From an uncultured Akkermansia sp. (lineage in GTDB: Bacteria; Verrucomicrobiota; Verrucomicrobiia; Verrucomicrobiales; DEV007), in contig CAYSZN010000001.1 in the NCBI GenBank assembly GCA_964435425.1, forward strand, positions 9,513 through 48,627: 39,115 nucleotides of DNA, given 5' to 3'. The notes below the pieces were generated by a model. That model was not told where the DNA came from, did no database searches, and worked only from the letters and a program-made list of their open reading frames with translations. The position numbers were made by a program, and so were the translations under genes. This document shows positions 1-12,010 of the stretch, in pieces (positions within the stretch are counted from its first letter, which is position 1; each line of letters begins with the position of its first letter).

Positions 1-551
<551 letters not shown>

Positions 552-690
552 CCCGCCTCCGACCCGGACCGGCCGGCCCGCCCGGCCGCTAGGTCCGAGC
601 TCTCGGCGACGCCCCGGTGCCGACCACGCGAGTGGTCGGCACCGGGGCGTTCCGGTTGCCGGTCGGGTCCGGCGCCGCAAGCCTTGGGGC

Positions 691-2382
691 ATGACGCGCG
701 CCGTGGAGGACGAAGGGGCACGCTCGGGGCGCCCGGACCCGCGCGTCTTCTACCCGGCGGCAGGCATCATCCTCGTGTTCGTCCTGGCGACGGTGCTGTT
801 CACCGACGCCGTGACGTCGGCCATGACCACGCTCCAGCGTGACGTCATCGGCGTCTTCGGCTGGTACTACGTCATCGTCGTCGCCGCCTTCGTCGTGTTC
901 TCCCTCTGGATGGGGCTGAGCCGGTTCGGCGACATCGTGCTCGGCAAGGACGAGGAGGAGCCGCACTTCAGCCTCCCGGTCTGGTTCGCGATGCTGTTCG
1001 CGACGGGCATGGGCATCGGCCTCGTGTACTGGGGCGTCGCGGAGCCGCTGTCGCACTACGAGAACCCCAAGCCGGGCGTGACCGGCGACGACGCCGCGCT
1101 CGCGCAGGCCGCCATGGGCCAGAGCTACCTGCACTGGGGGATCCACGCGTGGGCGATCTACGTCGTCGCGGGCCTCGCGCTCGCCTACGCGATCCACCGC
1201 AAGGGCCGACCGGTCTCCATCCGGTGGGCGCTCGAGCCGCTCCTGGGGGAGCGGGTCAAGGGGCGGCTCGGGGACGTGATCGACGTCGTGGCGATCATCG
1301 GCACGGTGTTCGGCGTCGCGACGTCGCTCGGCTTCGGAGTGCTGCAGATCGCGGCCGGGCTCGGCTACCTCGACGCCGCCGAGCCGGGCACCGCGCTCGA
1401 GATCGGGCTCATCGCCGCGATCACCGCCCTCGCGACGTTCTCCGTGGTGTCCGGCCTCGGCAAGGGCATCAAGTGGTTGTCGAACGGCAACATGGTCCTC
1501 GCGGGCGTCGTCCTCGTCCTCGTGCTCGCGCTGGGCCCCACGCTCTTCCTGCTGCGCGAGTGGGTCCAGTCGCTCGGGTACTACCTCCAGAACGTGGTGC
1601 GCCTGACGTTCGACACGACGGCGTTCCAGGGCGAGGCGGGGCTCGAGTGGCAGTCGTCGTGGACGATCTTCTACTGGGGATGGTGGATCTCGTGGGCGCC
1701 GTTCGTCGGCGTCTTCATCGCGCGGATCTCGCGCGGGCGCACCGTGCGGGAGTTCGTGCTGGGCACGCTCCTCGTCCCGACGATCGTCACGACCCTGTGG
1801 TTCTCGGTCTTCGGGGGCTCGGCGCTCTACCGGGAGCTCACCGACCCGGGGAGCATGCTCGTCGACGGCGAGGTCGACACCGACACCGCGCTGTTCCAGC
1901 TCCTCGGCGACCTGCCGCTGGGCACGGTGCTGTCCGTCGTCGGGATCCTGCTCATCGTCATCTTCTTCGTCACGTCGTCGGACTCGGGCTCGCTCGTGGT
2001 CGACATGCTCGCGACCGGGGGCAACCCGAACCCGCCGACCTGGAGCCGCGTGTTCTGGTCCGTGGTCGAGGGGCTCCTCGCGATCGCGCTCCTGCTCGCG
2101 GGCGGGCTCCAGGCCCTGCAGACCGCGGCGATCCTCATCGCGCTGCCGTTCTCCGTCGTCATGATCGGCATGGCCGTCTCGACGGTGCGCGCCCTGCGGG
2201 CGGAGCACGCGGCGATCATGCGGGCCGAGCGCAGGGCCGCGCGCGCCGCGCTCACGGAGCACGTGGCCACGCGCGTCACCGAGTCGATCTCCGAGCAGTG
2301 GGAGGAGCTCTACCCGGACCGCCCCGACCGGTGGCGCGCCCTCGCGCGGCGTCCCCGGAAGGAGGCGCCGCCACCCCCGTGA
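691..2382 (+). CDS. BCCT family (betaine/choline/carnitine) transporter
   Basis: WFAMLFATGMGIGLVYWGVAEP, LHWGIHAW, WTIFYWGWWISWAPFVGVFIARISRGRT and VTSSDSG motifs; many hydrophobic segments; ATG 691 chosen over the ORF-track start. Confidence 0.95.
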   Translation: MTRAVEDEGARSGRPDPRVFYPAAGIILVFVLATVLFTDAVTSAMTTLQRDVIGVFGWYYVIVVAAFVVFSLWMGLSRFGDIVLGKDEEEPHFSLPVWFAMLFATGMGIGLVYWGVAEPLSHYENPKPGVTGDDAALAQAAMGQSYLHWGIHAWAIYVVAGLALAYAIHRKGRPVSIRWALEPLLGERVKGRLGDVIDVVAIIGTVFGVATSLGFGVLQIAAGLGYLDAAEPGTALEIGLIAAITALATFSVVSGLGKGIKWLSNGNMVLAGVVLVLVLALGPTLFLLREWVQSLGYYLQNVVRLTFDTTAFQGEAGLEWQSSWTIFYWGWWISWAPFVGVFIARISRGRTVREFVLGTLLVPTIVTTLWFSVFGGSALYRELTDPGSMLVDGEVDTDTALFQLLGDLPLGTVLSVVGILLIVIFFVTSSDSGSLVVDMLATGGNPNPPTWSRVFWSVVEGLLAIALLLAGGLQALQTAAILIALPFSVVMIGMAVSTVRALRAEHAAIMRAERRAARAALTEHVATRVTESISEQWEELYPDRPDRWRALARRPRKEAPPPP

Positions 2383-2611
2383 CGGCGGCGTCGGCGGGGT
2401 CGACGGAGACTGCAGGAGGGGTGCAGGACGGGTGGAGTGACCTGCGTCATGGTCTCGTGCGCGACGACCGGGTAAGATAGCCCTGCCCGGGAGACGGCCC
2501 GCGTGTACGCCACGCGCCTCGGAACGACGACTGATCACGCCTTTCGGGGCGGGGTCCGGCGTCAGGTGGGTCCGTCGTCCCCCCTCGTACCCCACGAAAT
2601 GAGAACCGTAG

Positions 2612-4522
<1,911 letters not shown>

Positions 4523-4526
4523 CCTC

Positions 4527-5342
4527 GTGCTGCTCCTCGCCGTCCACGCGCACCCCGACGACGAGACCCTGTCGACCGGGGCCCTTCTCGCGACGTGGGC
4601 GCGCACGGGCGTCGTCGAGCTCGTGACCTGCACACGCGGGGAGCGCGGCGAGGTCATCGGTGAGGCGCTCGCCCACCTCGAGGGCGACGGTCCGGCGCTC
4701 GCCGCGCACCGCGAGGGCGAGCTCGCCGCGGCGCTCGCGGCGCTCGGGGTGACGCGGCACGACTTCCTCGACGCGCTCGGCCCCCCGGGGCCACGCCTCG
4801 AGGACTCCGGCATGGCCTGGCTCGACGGGGGCGTCGCGGGGGAGGCCGCCGAGATCCCGGCCGGGGCCTTCGTCAGGGCCGACGTCGACGACGCCGCAGC
4901 CCGGCTCGCGAGCCACCTCGCCGACCGGGCGCCCGCCGTCGTCGTCACGTACGGGCCCGACGGCGGTTACGGTCACCCGGACCACGTCCGCGCCCACGAG
5001 GTGACGATGCGCGCCGCGGCGCGGCTCGTCGAGACCGGCGGGCGCGTCCCGGTCGTGCTGTGGGCCGTCGCGCCCGGCCGTCGCGACGAGGTCGTCGCGG
5101 CCGGTGGACCGCGTATCGAGGTGCCGCTCGCGCCCGTGGTCGACGAGGTCGCCGCCGCGATGCGGGCGCACGCCACCCAGGTGCAGGGCGTCGTCGTCGG
5201 CCCCGACGTGATCGACTTCGCCCTCAGCAACGACGTGCCGCAGCGGACCGGCCCCGTCGAGGTCCTCGAGCCGGCACCGGGGGCGCGCCGCGCGGCCACG
5301 TGGCCTACCGGCGTCGTCACCCACGGCTGGCCGGTACCGTGA
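4527..5342 (+). CDS. mshB: PIG-L family deacetylase, MshB-like (mycothiol pathway)
   Basis: VHAHPDDE and GGYGHPDH metal/catalytic motifs, TRGERGE; position between typA and fdx/dapC matches mshB synteny in actinobacteria. Confidence 0.75.
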   Translation: MLLLAVHAHPDDETLSTGALLATWARTGVVELVTCTRGERGEVIGEALAHLEGDGPALAAHREGELAAALAALGVTRHDFLDALGPPGPRLEDSGMAWLDGGVAGEAAEIPAGAFVRADVDDAAARLASHLADRAPAVVVTYGPDGGYGHPDHVRAHEVTMRAAARLVETGGRVPVVLWAVAPGRRDEVVAAGGPRIEVPLAPVVDEVAAAMRAHATQVQGVVVGPDVIDFALSNDVPQRTGPVEVLEPAPGARRAATWPTGVVTHGWPVP

Positions 5343-5689
5343 ACGCCATGCTCGCGCGCTCGGGACGGATCGCCTCCTGCCTCCTGCTCGGCATCGCCGT
5401 CGGCGCCGTCGGCACCGTGATGCACCGCTCCATGTCGCCGTGGGGGGTCGTGCTCGGCCTCGTCGTCGTGCTCAGCGCGGGCGTGTTCGCGCGCTCGTGG
5501 GAGGGCTGGGCCGGCTCGCTCGCGTTCGCCGCGGGCTGGTTCGCCACCGTGCTCGCGATGTGGCAGGTGGGCCCGGGCGGGGACATCCTCGTGCCGGAGC
5601 TCGGTGGCTGGGGGAACATCTGGATCCTCGGGGGTGCCGTCGCGCTCGCGCTGCCCGTCGTCGCCCCGAGCCGGTGGTTCGAGGACTGA
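5339..5689 (+). CDS. Small multi-pass membrane protein (conserved downstream of mshB, DUF6113-like)
   Basis: GTGA overlap with upstream stop (alternative ATG 5348); ~4 hydrophobic segments; GPGGDIL motif. Confidence 0.7.
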   Translation: MNAMLARSGRIASCLLLGIAVGAVGTVMHRSMSPWGVVLGLVVVLSAGVFARSWEGWAGSLAFAAGWFATVLAMWQVGPGGDILVPELGGWGNIWILGGAVALALPVVAPSRWFED

Positions 5690-5705
5690 GCGGGCGGCGC
5701 CGGGC

Positions 5706-6209
5706 ATGAACGTGGACAGCGACCGTCTCCGCACGGCGATCGGCAGGCTGCCCGCCGGCGTGGGGGTCGTGAGCCTGCACCTGCGCGGGATCGACCTCGC
5801 GGGGACCGTGAGCGCCGTCGCGTCCCTCTCGCTCGACCCCCCGCTCGTGCTGTTCTGCGTGCACACCGACGCGCGGGTGCGCGAAGGGCTCGAGGAGCAG
5901 GACGCCTGGGTGCTCAACGTGCTCGCGGACGACCAGGCCCCCGTCGCGGACTGGCTCGCCTCGCCCGGCCGGCCCGCGTTCGACCAGCTCGCGCAGGTCC
6001 CGCACGCGCGGGACGCCGCCTCGGGGGCCGCCGTCGTCGCCGGGTGCGCCGCGTGGTTCTCGTGCCGCACCCGTGCGATCCATCCGGGGGGCGACCACGA
6101 CATCGTGGTCGGCGAGGTGCTCGACCTCGGCGAGGGCGCCGCCACGGCCGGGGGACTCGTGCACCACCGCGGGCGGTTGCGCGCCGTCGCGCCCAGGGGC
6201 GGAACGTAG
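5706..6209 (+). CDS. Flavin reductase family protein
   Basis: LRTAIGRLPAGV, SLSLDPPLVLFC, C-terminal GGDHDIVVGEV motif. Confidence 0.92.
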   Translation: MNVDSDRLRTAIGRLPAGVGVVSLHLRGIDLAGTVSAVASLSLDPPLVLFCVHTDARVREGLEEQDAWVLNVLADDQAPVADWLASPGRPAFDQLAQVPHARDAASGAAVVAGCAAWFSCRTRAIHPGGDHDIVVGEVLDLGEGAATAGGLVHHRGRLRAVAPRGGT

Positions 6210-6250
6210 ACTCCAGCCCAAGCAGCACGGACCGGGCAGGCGGGGAGCAC

Positions 6251-8023
6251 ATGGCGAAGGACGGCACGACGACGGCGGCGGACCGCGAGGAGAGCGAGGC
6301 GGGCCACCCGCTCGACGCGTTCGCGGGCACCGAGCGGCCGAAGCGCCGCCTCGGCCGGGTGCTCGGGGCGGTCGCGGCCGTGCTCGTCGTGGTCGCGGGC
6401 GGGTACGTCGGTGCCAGCTGGGCGCTCGCGGACACCGTGCCGCGCGGCGTGACCGTCGCGGGGGTGGACATCGGGGGGCAGACCTCGGACGTCGCCGTCG
6501 CGACCCTCTCCGAGGAGCTTCGCTCCGCGACCGCCGAGCCGATCGTCGCGGTGGCCGGGGACAAGTCCGTCTCTCTCGACCCCGCCGTCGCGGGACTCGC
6601 CTTCGACGCCGACGCGACCGTCACCGCGCTCACGGGGTTCACGCTCGAGCCGGCACGCCTGTGGCAGCACCTCTTCGGCCTCGGCGAGCAGCCCGCGGTC
6701 ACGCGGGTCGACACCGAGGCGCTCGACGCCGCGGTCGCCACCGCCGCCGTCGGCCTCCTCACGGAACCGGTCGACGGTCGGATCGTGTTCGCCGACGGCG
6801 CCGCGCACGCGACCGCGGCCGTGGAAGGGACCGCCGTCGACGAACGCGCGGCCGTGGACCTCCTCGCCCGCACGTGGCTCACGGCACCCCGTCCCGTCGC
6901 GCTGCCGACGCTCGCCGTGGCGCCGGACATCACGCAGGAGGAGACGGACCAGGCGCTCGCCCAGCTCGCCAAGCCGCTCGCCGCGGGACCGGTCGGCGTG
7001 GTGGTCGAGGGGCAGGTCGCCGAGCTGCCCGTCGAGGTCGTGACGGGGAGCGCGACGATCTACTCCGAGGACTCCCGCCTCGCGCTGCGGCTCGACGGCG
7101 AGCTCCTCGTCGACGAGATCCTCAAGCGGACGACCGACCTCCTCTCCGACGCCTCGGACGCACGGTTCGAGTTCACGGACGGCAAGCCGGGAATCGTCGA
7201 GGGGACGGCGGGCTCGACGCTCGACCCGGACCACGTGGCGACGTCGGTGCGCAACGCGGCGCTCGGCTCGCCGCGCACGGCAAACATCGTCCTCACGCCC
7301 ATCGACCCGGAGCAGACCACGAGGGCGCTCGAGGCGCTCGGCATCACCGAGCTCGTCTCCTCCTTCGACACCCCGCTCACGGCCGAGCCCGTCCGGACCA
7401 AGAACCTCGCGCGGGCCGCGGATCTCATCACGGGCGTGCTCGTCAAGCCCGGGGAGACCTTCTCGCTCACCGACACGATCGGCCCGATCACCGCGGAGAA
7501 CGGGTACTTCGACGCGAGCGTCGTCGTCAACGGCGTGATCCAGCCGGGCATCGGCGGCGGGCTGTCGCAGATGGGCACCACGATGTTCAACGCCGCGTAC
7601 TTCGCGGGCTTCGAGGACGTCGAGCACCGCCCCCACACGTACTGGTTCTCGCGCTACCCGGAGGGTCGAGAGGCCACCATCTACGAGGGCTCGATCGACG
7701 TGAAGTGGAAGAACACGACGCCGTACGGTGCGCTGCTGCGCTCCTACACCGACGGCGGTCGGATCCACGTCGAGGTGTGGGGCACGAAGCACTTCGAGGT
7801 GCAGACGGCGCTGTCCGGCCGCTCCCACGTCACCGCGCCCACGACGCGCTACTCGCAGGCCGCGGGCTGCATCTCCCAGTCGTCCGGCAACCCGGGCTTC
7901 CAGGTCACCAACACGCGCACGCTCCTGCTCGACGGCGAAGAGGTCGAGAAGACCTCGTTCACGTGGCGCTACAACCCGCAGGACGCGATCGTGTGCGGAC
8001 CCAGGCCGAGCGACGACGACTGA
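6251..8023 (+). CDS. VanW family membrane-anchored protein with putative peptidoglycan-binding repeats
   Basis: GGAG RBS before ATG 6251; N-terminal TM; VanW core GETFSL...GGGLSQMGTTMFNA...HRPHTYWFSRYPEGREATI. Confidence 0.92.
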   Translation: MAKDGTTTAADREESEAGHPLDAFAGTERPKRRLGRVLGAVAAVLVVVAGGYVGASWALADTVPRGVTVAGVDIGGQTSDVAVATLSEELRSATAEPIVAVAGDKSVSLDPAVAGLAFDADATVTALTGFTLEPARLWQHLFGLGEQPAVTRVDTEALDAAVATAAVGLLTEPVDGRIVFADGAAHATAAVEGTAVDERAAVDLLARTWLTAPRPVALPTLAVAPDITQEETDQALAQLAKPLAAGPVGVVVEGQVAELPVEVVTGSATIYSEDSRLALRLDGELLVDEILKRTTDLLSDASDARFEFTDGKPGIVEGTAGSTLDPDHVATSVRNAALGSPRTANIVLTPIDPEQTTRALEALGITELVSSFDTPLTAEPVRTKNLARAADLITGVLVKPGETFSLTDTIGPITAENGYFDASVVVNGVIQPGIGGGLSQMGTTMFNAAYFAGFEDVEHRPHTYWFSRYPEGREATIYEGSIDVKWKNTTPYGALLRSYTDGGRIHVEVWGTKHFEVQTALSGRSHVTAPTTRYSQAAGCISQSSGNPGFQVTNTRTLLLDGEEVEKTSFTWRYNPQDAIVCGPRPSDDD

Positions 8024-8030
8024 GCCCGCG

Positions 8031-8285
8031 CTACGGCCGTTCGCGGTACTCGCGGCGCTCCGGCGGGGGCGGGACGATCTTGCCGATGGCGATCTCGGCG
8101 GCCTCGATCCGTTCGGTCCCGCCGTGGTGCGCCACCTCGACGGCCTCTGCCGAACGGTAGACGAGCTCCCCGAGCACGTCGCTGTAGCCACCCTCGGGCA
8201 GTCTGCGACGCACCACGACCCGAGAGCCGAGCGGCCAGTCGAGCCACGGGGTGGTGGTGTGCGGGGAGTCCTGCCCGGTGCCCAT
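8031..8285 (-). CDS. Small conserved protein (stand-alone SH3-like domain resembling the N-terminus of actinobacterial GNAT acetyltransferases)
   Basis: GSRVVVRRRL...SDVLGEL...KIVPPPP pattern; leaderless-style TAGTAT-N7-ATG; divergent from fdxA. Confidence 0.7.
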   Translation of the reverse strand: MGTGQDSPHTTTPWLDWPLGSRVVVRRRLPEGGYSDVLGELVYRSAEAVEVAHHGGTERIEAAEIAIGKIVPPPPERREYRERP

Positions 8286-8367
8286 GTGGGGGATACTAGG
8301 CCTGAGCGCCCGGTGCGCGCACCGCCAACCACTTCACGGCCCCCGGGGGCCGACCGGAGGACCGACA

Positions 8368-8694
8368 GTGACCTACGTGATCGCCAAGCCTTGCGTGGAC
8401 GTCAAGGACAAGGCGTGCATCGAGGAGTGCCCCGTGGACTGCATCTACGAGGGCAAACGGTCGCTCTACATCCATCCGGACGAGTGCGTGGACTGCGGAG
8501 CGTGCGAGCCGGTGTGCCCCGTCGAGGCGATCTACTACGAGGACGACGTCCCCGAGCAGTGGAGCGAGTACTACCAGGTCAACGTCGAGTACTTCGACGA
8601 CCTCGGCTCCCCGGGCGGTGCGGCCAAGCTCGGCATGATCGACAAGGACCACCCGATCGTCGCCGCGCTGCCGCCCCAGGCCGGCGCCGAGTAG
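8368..8694 (+). CDS. fdxA: 7Fe ([3Fe-4S]/[4Fe-4S]) ferredoxin
   Basis: GGAGG RBS then GTG; TYVIAKPCVDVKDKACIEECPVDCIYEG and CVDCGACEPVCP. Confidence 0.96.
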   Translation: MTYVIAKPCVDVKDKACIEECPVDCIYEGKRSLYIHPDECVDCGACEPVCPVEAIYYEDDVPEQWSEYYQVNVEYFDDLGSPGGAAKLGMIDKDHPIVAALPPQAGAE

Positions 8695-8705
8695 CCCGCC
8701 GCCTG

Positions 8706-9836
8706 ATGGGACTGCGCACCGGCGCGCTACCGGACTTCCCCTGGGACAGCCTCGCCCCGTTCGCGGCGGTCGCACGCGCGCACCCCGGCGGCGTCGTCGA
8801 CCTGTCCGTGGGCACGCCCGTGGACCCCACCCCCGAGATCGTCCGCGAGGCGCTCGTCGCCGCGGCCGACAGCCCCGGGTACCCGACGACGCACGGCACC
8901 GCCGCGCTCCGCGAGGCCGTCGTGGCCTGGTTCGCCCGGACGCGTGGTGTGCCCGGGCTCGACCCGGACGCCGTGCTGCCCACCGTGGGCTCCAAGGAGC
9001 TCGTCGCGATGCTGCCGTCGTGGCTCGGGCTGGGTCCGGACGACGCCGTCGTCTTCCCGCAACCGTCCTACCCGACGTACGACGTCGGCGCGCTCCTCGC
9101 CGGGGCGCAGCCCGTGCCGGCCGACGACGGCGGCCTCGCGGCGCTGCACGAGCGGCGCGACGTGCGGCTCGTGTGGCTCAACTCGCCCGGCAACCCGGAC
9201 GGGCGCGTGCTGGACGTCGAGCGGCTCGCCGAGATCGTCGCCGCAGCCCGGGACGCGGGGGCGCTCGTCGTGAGCGACGAGTGCTACGCCGAGCTGCCCT
9301 GGGCGTCGCGATGGGTCGAGGGCGGGGTGCCGAGCGTGCTCGATCCCCGCGTGACGGGCGGGGACCCCACCGGGGTGCTCGCGGTCTACTCGCTGTCCAA
9401 GCGCTCGAACCTCGCGGGGTACCGGGCGGCGTTCGTCGCGGGCGATCCCGCCGTCGTCGGCCGCCTCCTCGAGGCGCGCAAGCACGCCGGCATGATCGTG
9501 CCCGGGCCCGTGCAGGGGGCGATGACGGTCGCGCTCGGCGACGACGAGCACGTCGAGGTGCAGCGCGAGCGGTACGCCGTGCGCCGTGAGCTGCTCGCCG
9601 GGGCGTTCGAGGGCGCCGGCTACGCGATCGACGGGTCCGAGGCCGGCCTCTACCTGTGGGTGCGGCCCGAGGGGGGCCAGGACGCGCTGCAGACCGTGGC
9701 CGACCTCGCGGCGCAGGGCATCCTCGTCGCGCCGGGATCCTTCTACACGCACCGGCCGTCGCAGCACGTGCGCGTGGCGCTGACGGCGCACGACGTGCGG
9801 GTGCGCGAGGCGGCGCAGCGGTTGCTCGGCGCCTGA
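8706..9836 (+). CDS. dapC: N-succinyldiaminopimelate aminotransferase (PLP class I/II)
   Basis: LPDFPWD, DLSVGTPVDP, NSPGNP, SDECY, SLSKRSNLAGYR; follows fdxA as in other actinobacteria. Confidence 0.92.
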   Translation: MGLRTGALPDFPWDSLAPFAAVARAHPGGVVDLSVGTPVDPTPEIVREALVAAADSPGYPTTHGTAALREAVVAWFARTRGVPGLDPDAVLPTVGSKELVAMLPSWLGLGPDDAVVFPQPSYPTYDVGALLAGAQPVPADDGGLAALHERRDVRLVWLNSPGNPDGRVLDVERLAEIVAAARDAGALVVSDECYAELPWASRWVEGGVPSVLDPRVTGGDPTGVLAVYSLSKRSNLAGYRAAFVAGDPAVVGRLLEARKHAGMIVPGPVQGAMTVALGDDEHVEVQRERYAVRRELLAGAFEGAGYAIDGSEAGLYLWVRPEGGQDALQTVADLAAQGILVAPGSFYTHRPSQHVRVALTAHDVRVREAAQRLLGA

Positions 9837-9838
9837 CC

Positions 9839-9854
9839 TGTGACGGGAATCACG
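9839..9854. promoter_or_regulatory. CRP/GlxR-type binding site upstream of gltA
   Basis: TGTGA-cgggaa-TCACG, 9/10 match to TGTGA-N6-TCACA; intergenic, upstream of a TACCGT -10 candidate (9910-9915). Confidence 0.7.
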
Positions 9855-9973
9855 GGCCGGGCCGGCGCTTTCGGTGGACCCGGATTCGTCACGTCGTCAG
9901 ACGCACAGGTACCGTCGTGGGAGCCAACGAGGGCGGGGCGTGCCCGCCACAAAACTCCAGGGAGGCCTCGCAG

Positions 9974-11269
9974 ATGACGCAGGCACCGACGTCGGTCACG
10001 CTGACCGCTGACGGCACGACGCTCGAGCTACCGACCGTGCAGGCCACCGAGGGCTCGAGCGGGTTCGTGGTCTCGTCGCTGCTGAGCCAGACCGGTCTGA
10101 CCACCCTCGACCCGGGGTTCACCAACACCGCCTCGTGCGAGTCGAAGGTCACCTACATCGACGGCGACGAGGGCATCCTGCGCTATCGCGGGTACCCGAT
10201 CGAGCAGCTCGCCGAGCACTCGACGTTCCTCGAGGTCGCCTACCTGCTCATCCACGGCGAGCTGCCGTCCGCCTCGGAGTTCGCGGCCTTCGAGGAGCGG
10301 GTCAACCGGCACACCCTCGTCCACGAGAACTTCCGCACCTTCATGGGGACGTTCCCCAGCGGCGCGCACCCGATGGCCGTCATGGCCTCGGCCGTCAACG
10401 CGCTCGCGACGTTCTACCCCGAGTCGCTCGACCCGTTCGACCCCGAGGCCGTCGAGCTCGCCACCGTGCTCATCCTCGCGAAGGTCCGCACCATCACGTC
10501 CTACCTGCACCGCACGCAGACCGGCGAGCCGCTGCTCTACCCGGACTACTCGCGCGGCTACGTCGACGACTTCCTGCGCATGGCCTTCGCGGCACCGTAC
10601 GAGAAGTACGAGGCGGACCCCGTGGTCTCCGCGGCGCTCGACAAGCTCCTCATCCTGCACGCGGACCACGAGCAGAACTGCTCGACGTCGACCGTGCGCA
10701 TCGTCGGTTCCTCGCACGCGAACCTCTACGCGTCGGTCGCCGCCGGCGTCAACGCGCTGTCCGGCCCGCTGCACGGCGGTGCGAACGAGGCCGTGCTCGC
10801 GATGCTCGCCCAGATCCAGGCCGACGGCGGCGACCCCTCGGCGTTCATGGCCAAGGTCAAGAACAAGGCCAACGGCGTGCGGCTCATGGGCTTCGGCCAC
10901 CGCGTCTACAAGAACTACGACCCGCGCGCCGCGATCGTCAAGGCGAGCGCCGACTCGGTGCTCGAGGCCCTCGGCCACGGCGACGAGCTGCTCGAGATCG
11001 CGCGCGGCCTCGAGGAGATCGCCCTGAGCGACGAGTACTTCATCTCCCGCAAGCTCTACCCGAACGTGGACTTCTACACGGGACTCATCTACAAGGCGAT
11101 GGGCTTCTCGGAGTCGATGTTCACGCCGCTGTTCGTGCTGGGCCGCATGCCCGGCTGGATCGCTCAGTGGCGCGAGATGATGCTCGACCCGCAGACCAAG
11201 ATCGGCCGGCCGCGACAGGTCTACACGGGTGCGACCGAGCGTGACTACGTGGGGCTCTCCGGGCGCTGA
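9974..11269 (+). CDS. gltA: Citrate synthase (type II)
   Basis: GGAGG RBS; YIDGDEGILRYRGYPIE, HADHEQNCSTS, GPLHGGANE, GFGHRVYKNYDPRA, YPNVDFY. Confidence 0.98.
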   Translation: MTQAPTSVTLTADGTTLELPTVQATEGSSGFVVSSLLSQTGLTTLDPGFTNTASCESKVTYIDGDEGILRYRGYPIEQLAEHSTFLEVAYLLIHGELPSASEFAAFEERVNRHTLVHENFRTFMGTFPSGAHPMAVMASAVNALATFYPESLDPFDPEAVELATVLILAKVRTITSYLHRTQTGEPLLYPDYSRGYVDDFLRMAFAAPYEKYEADPVVSAALDKLLILHADHEQNCSTSTVRIVGSSHANLYASVAAGVNALSGPLHGGANEAVLAMLAQIQADGGDPSAFMAKVKNKANGVRLMGFGHRVYKNYDPRAAIVKASADSVLEALGHGDELLEIARGLEEIALSDEYFISRKLYPNVDFYTGLIYKAMGFSESMFTPLFVLGRMPGWIAQWREMMLDPQTKIGRPRQVYTGATERDYVGLSGR

Positions 11270-11278
11270 CGCACGCGA

Positions 11279-11857
11279 CTACCGCAGCGGCACGAAGCGG
11301 TACGCGCCGACCTCCCGCGTGCGCACGGCCGAGCCGTGGCGGTCGACGACGAGCAGCCGGCGGCGCACGGGGATCACCATGCGACCGTGGTCGGTGAGCT
11401 GGGCCACGAGCTCTTCCGGCACCTCCCGCGCCTCCGCGGAGACCAGGATGCGACGGTAGGGCGCCTCGTGCGGCCAGCCGAGCACTCCCGACGCGGCCTG
11501 CTCGATGCGCGCGGGGGACACGTCGATGCCGTGGCTCGCGGCGACCTCGAGGTTCGCGCGGCCGAACGTCACGAGGTCGGGCTCGAGCTCGACGCCGACG
11601 ACGGTCCCCGCTCCGCCCACGAGCTCGGCGAGCAGCGCGGTGGTCCACCCGGAACCGGCACCGACGTCGAGCACCCGGTCGCCGGGCTGCGCGTCGAGGT
11701 GGGTCAGCAGGTGTGCCACCGTGGTCGGCTGCGAGCACGTCGCGCCACGACCGATGGGCAGGGGGGCGTCCTCGGCCGCGCGTGCGGCGACGGCCGACGG
11801 CAGGAACCAGGACCTGCGCACGCGAGCCATCGTGTCGGCGACCAGGGGAGGGGGCAC
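11279..11857 (-). CDS. pcm: Protein-L-isoaspartate O-methyltransferase
   Basis: PLPIGRGATCSQP, VLDVGAGSGWTTA SAM motif, APYRRILVSA, C-terminal FVPL; GTG 11857 preceded by AAGGA (start uncertain). Confidence 0.88.
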   Translation of the reverse strand: MPPPLVADTMARVRRSWFLPSAVAARAAEDAPLPIGRGATCSQPTTVAHLLTHLDAQPGDRVLDVGAGSGWTTALLAELVGGAGTVVGVELEPDLVTFGRANLEVAASHGIDVSPARIEQAASGVLGWPHEAPYRRILVSAEAREVPEELVAQLTDHGRMVIPVRRRLLVVDRHGSAVRTREVGAYRFVPLR

Positions 11858-11921
11858 GATCCCATCCTTGCCACGAAGGCCGCGAAGTGCAGCGTGGATC
11901 ACACTGCGGCGGGTCCCGTTA

Positions 11922-11932
11922 TCAACTGATGA
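11922..11932. promoter_or_regulatory. Candidate FadR/GntR operator (TCAAC-T-GATGA)
   Basis: One mismatch to palindrome TCATC-N-GATGA; related copies at 23054 and 23204; overlaps the IdeR box by 2 bp. Confidence 0.55.
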
Positions 11933-11949
11933 AGGGTAGGCTGCCCTTA
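11931..11949. promoter_or_regulatory. DtxR/IdeR iron box
   Basis: GAAGGGTAGGCTGCCCTTA, 15/19 to TWAGGTWAGSCTWACCTWA, directly upstream of the iron-siderophore binding protein gene. Confidence 0.82.
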
Positions 11950-12010
11950 TATCGCTCTCCCCGCCGTGGTGCTCCCCGCCGAGTCACGAAGACGAAGGAC
12001 CTGCCCAGCC

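Noticed and set aside
6251..8023. VanW as evidence of vancomycin resistance
   Set aside because: No vanHAX/vanRS genes; VanW-domain genes are a normal part of this backbone
4973..8332. 1119-aa minus-strand ORF and many other long antisense or alternative-frame ORFs (e.g. 2447-4948, 589-2799, 20887-23358)
   Set aside because: Arg/Gly/Ala-rich shadows of well-supported genes; stop-codon scarcity at high GC explains their length
11888..11903. Second CRP-like site (TGCAG-N6-TCACA)
   Set aside because: Left half-site matches only 2/5
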